Assembly: GCF_000142905.1 (NCBI RefSeq)
Contig: NW_013657668.1
Span: forward strand, 234,492-298,491
Direction: 5' to 3'
DNA length: 64,000 nt
Source of the DNA: Thecamonas trahens ATCC 50062
Taxonomy: Eukaryota > Protista > Apusomonadida
A model generated the notes under the pieces. That model made no database searches, was not told the DNA's origin, and worked only from the letters and a program-made list of their open reading frames with translations. The translations under genes were made by a program, and so were the position numbers. Positions 42,831 through 53,867 of this stretch are shown in pieces (position 1 is the first letter of the stretch; each line of letters starts with the position of its first letter).

Positions 42831-45661
42831 CTACACCTGCTCGCCGGTCCAACCGACCGGGCCGGCCAGCCGCTGCATGGTGCTGATCTTGTTGGTGTCG
42901 CCCTTCTTGGAGAGCTTGGCGATCATGCGCTGGCGGCGGAGCATGGCGGTCTGGGCGGCCGAGACCTCCTCGGGCTTGGTCGCCGGCTTGCCTGACTTCT
43001 TGCGGCCCGGCCGCGCCTGCTTGAGGCCGGTGGCCGAGACGACGTCCGGCCCAAGCTCGGTGGGGATGAGCCGGAGCGCAAAGGCCTTGGCGATGTGCCC
43101 GAGGTGGAGGCGGCGGACATGGAAGATTGACTTCATCTCGCGCGAGTGGGCCGAGTATGCCCGGATGTAGGCCTGGAACGCCGCGGCTGCGCCCTGGGTC
43201 ATGGTCGGTGATGCGTCGATGTACGCCTCGAGCCGCGCCTGCAGCGTGACACATGCGTTCTCCAGGTCGCGCGGCGACATGCCCGGGTACAGCTTCTTGA
43301 GCACCTTGATCTGCTCCACCTTGCCGAGCGAAAGCCCGCGCGCGGCGAGTGTAGTCAGATACGCAGACTCGGATGGGAGGAGGAAGATCATGGCCGAGCC
43401 AGACTCGCCGATCCGCGCCGTCCGGCCCACACGGTGAACGTACTCCTCGGTCTCGGTCGGCGGATCGTACTGCACAATCCACTTGATAGCCGGAATGTCC
43501 AGCCCGCGCGCCGCCACATCGGTCGCCACAAGCACACCACGCGAGGCCTCGCGGAACTCCTTAAACGCCGCCTGCCGGTCCGCCTGCTTCATCTGCCCGT
43601 GCAGCTTGTAGATGCCGGCATCGTGGAACATGGCCACGTCGGACCAGAGCGCGCCGCCGCTGCCGCTCGACGAGCTCGCGCCGGCGTCCGACATCAGCTT
43701 CTGGACCTGGACCGCAAACGCATCGTCAGAGAGCTCGGCCTCGGATTCGTCGTCCGAGTCGGACGCGTCCGAGTCCGAGCCCCGCTTGCGCCCACCGTCG
43801 AGCTTGTTGAGCTTGCTCCGTGCGGCAGTGTCCTTCTCGCGCGCCGCCTCACGGATCCGGGCCTCCTCCTCCTTGTCACGCCCGTCGCGGAGCGTCGTGA
43901 GGAGCTTGTGATGAAAGTCGACGGCATCGCATGATGACATGAACACAATGATCTTGTTCTTGGCCTTGGTCTTCCACGCCAGGAACGCAATGAGCGAGAG
44001 CAGCCGCTGCTTGGCCGGAATGACCGCGTAGAACTGCCGGAGCTGCGCCGGCACGTCGGTTGACGTTGGCCCGCTCCCGCCCTCGCTCGCTTCGCGCTCA
44101 GGCTCGCCAGCCTTGCGCGGCACAAGCGCCCCCAGCCGTGATGACGACGTCTCCGAGTCCTCCAGGAGCACAAGTTCGGGCTTGACCAGCGAGAGCTTGG
44201 CCAGCTTCTGCACGTTATCGGTGAGCGTCGCCGAGACAAGAACGGTGACAAGCTCCGACGAGAAGACTCGCATCCGGGTGAGCACCTCGATGATGGCCAT
44301 CAGCGTGTCTTCGAACCCGAGGTCGAGGAGCCGGTCGGCCTCATCGAGCACAAACCACCGCAGCCCGCTGTGCTTGAACGACTTGGTCATCTGAAGATGG
44401 TCCAGCAGCCGCCCGGGCGTCGCCACCAAGATCGACACGCCCTTGCGCAGCGAGGCCTTCTCACTCTTGCGCTTCTGCCCGCCGGTCACAATCCCGCTCA
44501 CAATGTACGGGAACGGCGTGAGGAGGAGCCGCGCCACATCGTAGACCTGCGCCCCGAGCTCGCGCGTCGGCACAAGCACAATAACATACGTCCCATCGGC
44601 CCGCGTCACCCGCTTGCCTATGTTGAGAAGATCGTTGACAATCGGAAGCAGGTATGCCAGCGTCTTGCCCGATCCGGTCTGCGCCTGAATGAGCGTGTCT
44701 TTGCGGTTGAGGAGCGGGACAAGCGCCCGCGACTGGATCGTCGACGGCTTGACAATGCCCATCTTGGCCTCCATGACCTGCGTCAGCCGCGCGTCAAGGC
44801 CAAAGCCCTCAAACGAAGTTGTATCCGAGAACACCTTCTCGTTCTTTCGCCCACCGCCCGTTCCATCATCCTCCAGCTCATCGGCGTCGCCACGCGACGA
44901 CGCAGCCTTGTGCCGCAGCACCTCGGCCTCGCGCGGGCCAAACAGGCCCGACGAGAACACCTTGTTCTTGCCGCCGACGTTGGACATAAACGGCTTCTCG
45001 CTCCGCCCGCCATCACCGGCTCCGGTTGCTCCCTCGCTCCTCGCGCTCCCTGCGCTCTCGCCATCACCAGTAGCCCGCTTCGGCGCCGCCTTGGCCTTTT
45101 GAGGCTTCTGCGGCTTTGTTTCTGGCGCTCAGCCTTGCGCTCCCTCGCCCGGACAGTCTCAGCCCGCTCTGGCACCCTGCCTCCCTTCACAGCCCCATGC
45201 AGCGAGCCGCCCATCAACGTAGCTGCAGCCTGCGACGACACTGCCGCCGCCGCCGATTGCCGACTCGCCGCCGCGTGCCCGCTCGGTGCACCGGCCATGC
45301 CCACCGGCCGCCGCTTGTTCTCTCTCAGAAACGATGCCGCCTGCGACGACTCAAACACCTGCCGCCGCCGCTTCTTGTTGTCCTCTCGCTACGTACCACT
45401 TGCTCCATGAGTCTGTTACCCCTTACCCTCGCCCCCCTGCCCCCCCTACCCCCCTCGACCCCCCCCCATCTTTTGCATCCATCCATCACCATCACATCCT
45501 CACACTCCTCCGCCCCCCCCCCCCCCCACCCTTCCTCAACCTCTCGCAGTCCAACAACATACCACCGCCTTACGGATCTTGCTCCGCTCCCGGGCTGTAG
45601 GCTTGTTTGCCCGCGAGTTTTCCACGGGATTGCTCACCAGGTTCAACGAGAGTTGGTCCAT
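42831..45661 (-). CDS. DDX31: DEAD-box RNA helicase DDX31/Dbp7; exons 45661-45563 and 45388-42831 (frameshift ~45115)
   Basis: AQTGSGKT, PTRELG, GGQKRKSEKASLRKGVSILVATPGRLLDHL, DEAD, SAT, ARGLD, HRVGRTAR, LHLGHIAKAFAL; intron GTATGT(45562)...TAG(45389). Confidence 0.92.
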
Positions 45662-45908
45662 GTTGGAGAGCAGAGACAGGTTGGCTCGCTCCCCCTCCCC
45701 CTCCCCCCCCTCGCTCCCCGTCACAGCCACCGACCAAACTCTGGACTGCCGCAGCCAGCCATGAGCCAGTACTACCTTTCCACGGCTTTTTTCCGACTCT
45801 GATCACGATCACCCCCCCCCCCTCCCCCTCAGACCCACACACATCCTGCACCTCACTCCGCCTACCACAGTCGCCACTCCCGCCCCTCATCCTGCCTCTC
45901 ATATTCTC

Positions 45909-48900
45909 ATGGCAGAGGTAGGGGTGCCGCTTATGCGGTTCGGGCCGAGCAGCTCGTGTGGAAGTTCCGGGTCGGCGTCGCTGTCTTCGTCGGCGGCTTG
46001 GACCGAGGACGACGTCGAGCTTGAGGCGCGTGTGCAGGGCGTGACGACAAACAAGGTGTACACATCGCGGTCATTGCTGCTGTTTGAGCTCGAGTCACCG
46101 ATCCGGCGAATGGCCATTGCGCTCGTCGACTCGCCGTGGTTCGACCGCTTCATTCTCCTCGCCATCGTGGTCAACTGTGTGTTCCTCGCCCTTTGGAACC
46201 CGTTTGACCCGCCCAACTCGCAGAGGAACGTGGTGCTGGACATAGCCGAGTATGTCTTTACCGCCATCTTTACTGCCGAGCTTATGCTCAAGGCTCTCGC
46301 TATGGGCTTTTTCATGCACAAGCACGCGTATTTGCGCGATCCGTGGAACTGGCTCGACTTTGGCGTCGTCTGCCTCGGCTATCTTACTCTCATTCCGGGC
46401 ATCGGCAACTACTCGGCCATCCGCACCTTTCGGGTCCTCCGTGCCCTCCGCACCCTCTCGGGCATCCCGGGCCTGCGGGTTGTCATCAATGCGCTGCTTG
46501 CGTCGATGCCGCCGCTGCTCAACGTCTTCTTCCTCCTCACCTTTTTCATGGTGGTCTTTGCCATCATCGGCGTTCAGCTCTTTGCCGGATCGCTCCGTCA
46601 GCACTGTGTCGACCTTGCCACACGCAGCTTTGACCCATCAGACGTCAACCTATGCTCGCTCTCCAACTTTGGTGGCCGCGACTGCCCATCTGGCTTCCAA
46701 TGCCTCGCCACTGGGCCCAATCCGGGCTTTGGCCTCATTTCCTTTGACAACTTTGGCGTCGCCCTCCTCACCGTCCTCCAAGTCGTGACCATGGACGAGT
46801 GGGAGATCGTGCTTACTGCAGTGTTGCGGACAACTACTCCGCTTGCCGCCTTTTACTTTGTCCTAGTCATTCTCTTTGGCGCTCTCTTCATCGTCAACCT
46901 TGTCGTCGCCGTCGTCTACTCCTCGTATGCCACCTCGCTCGACATTCTTGTCGAGGCAGACGACTTTTCGTCCGACGCCTTTGACGACTCGCACTTTGTC
47001 CCGCTCTCTGTCGCTGGTCCGTCGCTGGCCGCTCTCCGCGCCCCGTCGCTCGCCCGCCTGCACTCGGCCGAGAGCCTACGCAGCGGCGGCAGCGCTGGCG
47101 CAGACCGCCGCCTCCCACAGTGGCGCCACCTCATCAACGAGTTTGTGCAGTCGTCGATCTTTCAGTCGATCATCATTGCAGCTATCGTCCTCAACACGGT
47201 AGCCCTTTCGCTCGAGTATCCCAACGCGCCGCGCAAGCTCAAGGATGTGCTCTTCTGGGTCAACATTGTCTTTACTGTTCTCTTTGCCCTCGAGATGGTC
47301 CTCAAGATTGCCGGCATGGGCCTTCGCCGCTACATTGCTGACCGCTTCAACGTCTTTGACGCCTTTATCGTCGTCGTCTCGCTCATCGAGCTTGTTGCTG
47401 CCCGTGGCGAGGGCTCGGGCCTGTCGGTCCTCCGTGCTTTCCGCCTCTTGCGAGTCTTCAAGCTTGCACGGTCGTGGTCCTCGCTGCGCACGCTTCTCGA
47501 CGTCATCATGTCGTCCATCGGCTCTATCGGCTCTATCACCCTTGTCATGGTCATCATGATCTTCATCTTTGCCCTCACCGGGCTGCAGCTCTACGGCGGG
47601 CGTTACGAGGACCTACCGCCAGACCGGTCGCGGACCGACTTTGACGACTTTTGGTCTGCCATCATCTCTGTTTTTCGCATCCTCATCGGCGAGTGGACCG
47701 TTCCGCTCTACGACGCCATCCGCGCCACCAACGAGTCGGCCATCATCTACTTTGTCGTCGTTCTTCTGGTCGGCAACTACCTCATCCTCAACCTCTTCCT
47801 CGCTATCCTCCTCTCCAACTTTGAGTGGGCCGAGGTCAACCGCCTCGAGGAAGAAGCCCGCGCCGCTGCCGAAGAGCGCAACGGTGGCGCCGCCTCCCGC
47901 ACAGCTACCGGTTGGCGCTCATGGCCGCGCCGCGTCCATCGCCTGATCTGCGGCCGCTGCGCAGAGCCGCCCCATGACGACCACAAGGTCGTCAACGGGA
48001 CTCACGTCGACGCCGCCGGCAAGCCGGTCTTTGTTGTCAAGGACAGCAGCGACGACGACGCACCCTTGGCCCGCCCGCGCTCGGTCGCCGAGCACGCACT
48101 CGGCAGCGCCCGCAACGAGCCTCGCTCCTTTTCGCTTGACTCGATTGTCTCTGCTGTCGTCGAGTCGAGCCAGGCGGCCGAGAGCGAGTGCAGCGATGAC
48201 GCCGCCGCGACCGACGACGCACCCAAGTACAAACGGCTCTACGGCAATGCGCTCTTTGCCTTTCCGCCAGCCTCGAAGCTCCGAGTCGTCCTCCAAAAAG
48301 TCGTCGAACATCCCTCGTTTGAGTGGGTTGTCCTCGTCTTTATCTTTCTCTCATCGGTTGCGCTGGCAGTCGAGGAGCCCGGGCTCGACCCGAACGGCTC
48401 GACCACACGGGTGCTCTACATCCTAGACGTCATTTTTGCCGTCGTGTTTACTGCCGAGCTTGTCATGAAGGTCCTTGTCTACGGCTTTTGGTTCCACTAC
48501 GGCGCGTACATGACCGACGCGTGGAACCGGCTCGACGCCGCCATTGTGGCCATTTCGATTGTCTCGCTCGCGGGCCCGTCGTCACTCTCCTTCATCCGGG
48601 CCATCCGCACGCTACGAGCCTTCCGCCCGCTGCGAGCCATCACGCGCAATGAGGGCATGCGAGTAGTGGTCAACGCGCTCTTTGCCTCGATCCCGGCCAT
48701 CTTCAACGTCCTCCTCGTGTGCGGCCTGTTCTGGCTGGTCTTTGCCATTCTCGGCGTCCAGGCCTTTGGCTCAAAGTTCGCCTACTGCACCAACCCGGAC
48801 GTAGAGTTCCGCCACCAGTGCGTTGGCCCGTTTAACGCCACCTCGCCCGACGGCGAGACAAGCGTAGAGCTGGCACGGTGGACAAATCCCAACATCAACT

Positions 48901-50596
48901 TTGACCACGTGCCAAACGCCTTCCTTGCGCTCTTTCAAGTCGCCACCTTTGAGGGCTGGTACGACGTGTTCTGGGCCGCCATCGACGCCACCGATATCAA
49001 CCGCCAACCGCGGACAAACAACCAGCCGGTCGCCGCGCTCTATTTTTTGCCTTTATCACGGTCGGCTCGTTCTTTGCTTCGAACCTCTTTGTCTCGTCGA
49101 TCTGCGACACGTACTCGGCGCTCAAAGACCGGGCCTTTGGCCACGCGCTCCTCTCGCCGTCGCAACGGCGGTGGTTCGACGCTCAGCTCATGATGACCCA
49201 GTACCGGCCGTCGATCCGCATCGAACGCCCGGCCTCGCGCCTCCGCGGCGTCCTGTACGATATCGTCATGGCGCCGGCCTTTGAGCTCGCCATCATGGTT
49301 GCCATCCTCGCCAACATGGCCGCCATGTGCCTTCAGTACTACGGCCAGCCGTCCGACTACACCCTTGGGCTGGAGATTGTCAACTACATCTTTGCCTTTA
49401 TCTTTGCGCTCGAGGCCGGCATCAAGATCGCTGTCTACAAGTGGCTGTACTTTGTCAACCGCTGGAACCAGTTTGACTTTTCGGTGGTCCTCCTCTCGCT
49501 GGTCGGCATTGTCATCACTCTCTTTGGCACCGTGCTTCCGATCAACCCGACGCTCCTCCGCATCCTGCGAGTTTTCCGCGTCGCGCGCATCTTCCGCATC
49601 ATTAAGTCGGCCGCTGGCATCCGCAAGCTTATGATCACGCTCCTCTACTCGCTGCCGTCGCTGGTCAACATTGGCTCGCTCCTCTTCCTCATCTTCTTTA
49701 TCTACGCCATTCTCGGCATGAACATATTCGGCAAGGTCATCCTGCAGGACCAGCTCAACAACGAGACCAACTTTCGCACCTTCCCCAAGTCGATGCTCCT
49801 CCTCTTCCGGGTCTCGACCGCCTCAGGCTGGGACGTACTCCTCGGCGAGTGCTCGGTCCAGCCGCCTGATTGCTCGCGCGAGGCCGGCAACTGCGGCGAC
49901 TTTACTCTTGCCGTCCTGTTCTTTGTCTCGTTCCTCCTCGTCACCTTTTACGTCATGCTCAACTTATTTGTGGCCATCATTCTCGAGTCGTTTGACATTG
50001 CCACTCGCGAGGAGGGCGCAACCGTGACCGACGACGATCTCTCCAACTTTGCAGAAAAGTGGTCGCACTACGACCCCAACACCACATACTTTATTGCCTT
50101 TACCGAGCTCCGCGCCCTGGTCCTCGAGCTTGATCCGCCGCTCGGCGTCGGTGCCGAGCTCTCGGACGCCGACCTCGATGCCGAGATCCACCGCCTCGAC
50201 GTCAACATCTACCTCGCTGACGATGGCTCGTGGCAAGTCAACTTTTTGGACGTGCTCCTCGCCCTCTCGCGGCGTGTCAACGATGACGTCGACCTGCCCG
50301 AGTCGATCAAGGCCAAGACCGAGTCGCGCCTCCGGAAGGCCTTCCCGCAGTGTAGAACGCGCGAGCCGATGGCCACCACTCTCCAGATTGGCGCTGCCCT
50401 CCGCATTGTCGAGTGGTACTCTGCGTTTAAGAACAGGTCGCGCGCCCGCGCCGCTGCCGCTGACACCGCGCCCGGCCCCGACGCCGCTGCTGGCACCACG
50501 CCCGCCCAAGTGTCGTCAGACTCGAGCTCGTCGTACGAATCGTACTCGTACTCGAGCCCTGCTGCCGACCTTGCCTCGCATCCCGTTGTGCTGTAG
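45909..50596 (+). CDS. Four-domain voltage-gated Nav-family channel, selectivity filter D-E-E-S (frameshift in T6 run 49043-49048)
   Basis: Four S4 segments; pore loops TMDEW, LIGEW, TFEGW, TASGWD; EF-hand-like and IQ-like C-tail; one added T gives LYFFAFITVGSFFASNLFVSSICD...WFDAQLMMTQ. Confidence 0.95.
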
Positions 50597-50646
50597 CGCA
50601 GCGCAGCACTCGCTTGCGCAGACGTTGAACATACCATCCCTTTACC

Positions 50647-52044
50647 TCACGCCGACTCCACAATGATGTAGAAGAGCAGGCAGGAAATCTGGCGGGCAGC
50701 GCCGCTGAGCACAATGCAGCCGATGAGTGCGCAGCAGGCCATCGAGCAGCAGCAGGTGACAAGGCACGCGGTCACAATCTCGTCGCCACTCGAGTGAGTG
50801 CTGGAAGAGGCCCAGCCCGACTCCTCCTCTTCCTCCTGCTCATCGGCGTCGCGGCCCGACTCGAGGTCCGATGAGACCGAGAGCTGTTCCTCGGGTGCCT
50901 CGTAAGCGCCGGTCCCGTGCTCGGCCTCGGAATCGTGCTCGGCAAGCTCGGCGTAGCAGCAGTAGTAAAGCAGCTTCTGCTTGGCCTTGACGCCCCAGCG
51001 AACAAGGAAGCTGCCAAACTTGATCATGGGCTTGTACATGGCGAGCGCCTCGTCGCCGGGCTCGCCGCCGTGGTGGCGGACCCATGACCACTCGAGAAAG
51101 ACGAGGTAGACAAAGACGTAGCGAAGGATGAACATGCCAGCAGTCGTGATCGCAACAGCCGAGAGGAGCGAGCCAGTGGCAAGGAGGAACTTGAGCCACG
51201 GGCCGGACACGCCGCCAGGCCCACAGAGGAAGCCAGCCTCGCGATCCATGCAAAAGTGCTTGGCGTGAGCTGAGACGTTGGCAGCAAAGACAATGTGGGC
51301 CAGATCAGTCGCCGCCACGTACAAAATGACCCCAGCAAAGAAGATCTGCAGCATCTGATGCATGCGCGGGATCGGCAACCGGAGCTTGCGGATCTTCTGC
51401 GTCCACACCGGGTAGCCGCCAAAGGCAAAGAGGCCCGTCGCCAGAGGAAACGCAAGATGCGCAAAGTGAAACCGCTCGTTGATGGCTGCTGCCATGACGA
51501 TGAAGAAAAGAAAGTGGCCCACTGTCATCAATGCCGTCATGTACTTGAGCCACACCCGGTAGATGCGCCGGACCCGATGTTCAGCTGTGTCATCATTTCA
51601 CGCCACAGATCATCGCCCCGCATCGCCAGTCCCAGACCGTCATCCACATCCAACACCCAAGTAAGTCGTCGCCAGCCCCTCTTTCCCCCCCCCCTAATAC
51701 GTACACACAGACGCAATGATCGACTTCTTGGTCGCCGGCGAAACGGCATCGACCCACTGCAGCAGCGCCTCCGAGACTGCAAGCTTCGCGCGCTCGTTGG
51801 ATAGCGCGCGGTCGCGGACGGCGCTCACCGCAGCCTTGATCCGTGAGGTTGAGCTTGCACCAGCACCGTTGTCCGCGCCGGCATCGCTGTTGTCGGCACC
51901 GACATCGGCCGGTGGCTCAGACTGAGCCGCAGCGCCGGCTTTGGCGCCAGCAGCGTGAACCCGCTTGTGCTCGCCTCCCATCACCTCGTCCTCATAGGCA
52001 TACTCATAGGCATACGAGTTGGAGAGAAAGTCATCATCCGCCAT
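50647..52044 (-). CDS. Hypothetical multi-pass membrane protein; exons 52044-51705 and 51584-50647
   Basis: Intron GTACGT(51704)...CAG(51585), phase 1, restores the frame; 4-5 TM segments, Cys-rich C-terminal hydrophobic segment. Confidence 0.72.
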
Positions 52045-52375
52045 GTTGCCCACAACAGAGAAACAAGCTGGCGAGAAATGTGCCCTTTCCCCCTCCCCCC
52101 CCCCCCCACCACTGATCTGTCCGTTGGCGTCCCGCCACCTCAAACCGACTCACATCGCCCGCCGCCGGCCCGCCGCCCAACCCTTTCCCGCCCACAAACT
52201 GCATTCAAAATTTTGCACTTGGTCGCCGTTGGATCGCCTCGCCTCCTCCCCCTCCTCCTCTTCCTCCCCTCCCACCCCACCTTAACCACTAGGTCACACA
52301 CTTCGCTGCTGTAATCCCCCCCCTCCCCGCCTTTTCTGTACTCGCCCTCTACACCCGCGGAATCAAGAGAGAGTC

Positions 52376-53854
52376 ATGACCAAAGCAAGCCGTGCTGCTG
52401 ATGCCGAGGAGGCGCCGCCCGCGCCGGCGTACTGCGTCCGTATGACGCCCGAGGAGGCTGCTGCTGCTGCTCGTGAGGAGACGGCCAAGGCACTGGCTGA
52501 GCTTGCCATTCTCCTCGACGCGCAAAAGGCTGGCACTCCCCTGCCACCGCCCAAGAAGAAGACCTTTGCCATGCCACCGGCCATGCCGAGCCCGGCATCG
52601 CCCATTACCACCGCCGCACGGGCCTCGCCTCTCAAGGCCACCACTCCGCTCAAGGCTACGGCTCCGCTGCCGCCGGCATCGCCCATCGCTCCCGAGCTCC
52701 CGGCCTCGCCGCAATCGGACGCCACGGCTACGCCGGACAAGCCCAAGAAGCGCTTCTTCCGCAAGCTCTTCCGCGGCAAGAACAAGACGCCCAGTCGCGA
52801 GTCTGACGTGGAGCGCCTCCGCAAGCAGGTTGCCCAGCTTGAGGAGAAGATCGAGGCCCTTGCCGGCTCCCGCGACCCGGGTGATATGTCTGAAGGCAGC
52901 ATTGATCCAGGCGCAGACTCAGCTACCTCGAGCTCGTCGCGCCGCAGATCGCGCTCGCGCTCGCGCAAGAAGCGCCGGTCGTCCAAGGCCAGCGGCTCGG
53001 CCCGTTCGCGCTCTAGCTCGCGCCGCCGCCGCCGCCGCGACTCAACGTCGACCACTGTGTCCGAAGTGGCCTCCGAGGCGATTGCTCCCATCGATACAGC
53101 TGCGACGTGGGACAACGCTACGACCGCGTCGGCGGCTGCGCCCGCCAAGGTGGCACTTCCGCCCCCGCCACCACCCCTGGCCCAGGCTTCAACCGTATCC
53201 CCGAAGTCGACCGCCACTCCGCCACCGCCACCGCCGGTTGCGGCCACCCCACCGCCAGTTGCAGCTACCCCGCCGCCGGTTTCGGCCACTCCACCGCCGC
53301 CACCGCCACCGCCGCCGCCAGCGCAGCCCTCGCTCCAGGACTATGCATTCCCGGATGGCGGGTCGACGCCGGCCACGCCTCCACGGCAGCGGGCATCGTC
53401 GTTCTCGTTCGCCGAGCTTGTGGCTCGCTCGCCGCAAACGCTGCGCAAGACAGGCGGAACGCCGGGCTCCAACCACAAGCGCACGCCGTCGCAGCTGGAG
53501 GAAGCGCTGCAGCGCCGTTTCCAGCACGTCTACCACTCCGACTCGGAGTCTGATGACGAGACCGGATCCGATGATCTCAACGACACCTTTGCCACTGACG
53601 TCAACGACTCGCTTGTCTTTAACCACGGCGACGCCAAGGACTCGGGCTCGAGCTCGGGCTCAGGCGTCCAGGAAAAGATCTCAACCTTTGCCCAGATGAT
53701 CGAGGAGAACACTCCGCCGATGCCGCTCGAGAACGCCGACGACGGCCCGCTGATGTCATACGCGCAAAAGTCAGCGCCTGTCCAGCCGGCCAAGCCATTT
53801 GCCAACCCGGTCAACGCAGGCTCGACCACCATTCTCGGCACTCACAACTCGTAA
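52376..53854 (+). CDS. Proline-rich protein, MTFR1/PRR11-like architecture with WH2-like motif
   Basis: Short coiled coil VERLRKQVAQLEEKIEAL, polyPro, FAELV...TLRKT, LEEALQRRFQHVYHSDSESD. Confidence 0.6.
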   Translation: MTKASRAADAEEAPPAPAYCVRMTPEEAAAAAREETAKALAELAILLDAQKAGTPLPPPKKKTFAMPPAMPSPASPITTAARASPLKATTPLKATAPLPPASPIAPELPASPQSDATATPDKPKKRFFRKLFRGKNKTPSRESDVERLRKQVAQLEEKIEALAGSRDPGDMSEGSIDPGADSATSSSSRRRSRSRSRKKRRSSKASGSARSRSSSRRRRRRDSTSTTVSEVASEAIAPIDTAATWDNATTASAAAPAKVALPPPPPPLAQASTVSPKSTATPPPPPPVAATPPPVAATPPPVSATPPPPPPPPPPAQPSLQDYAFPDGGSTPATPPRQRASSFSFAELVARSPQTLRKTGGTPGSNHKRTPSQLEEALQRRFQHVYHSDSESDDETGSDDLNDTFATDVNDSLVFNHGDAKDSGSSSGSGVQEKISTFAQMIEENTPPMPLENADDGPLMSYAQKSAPVQPAKPFANPVNAGSTTILGTHNS

Positions 53855-53867
53855 ACTGACGCAAGAT

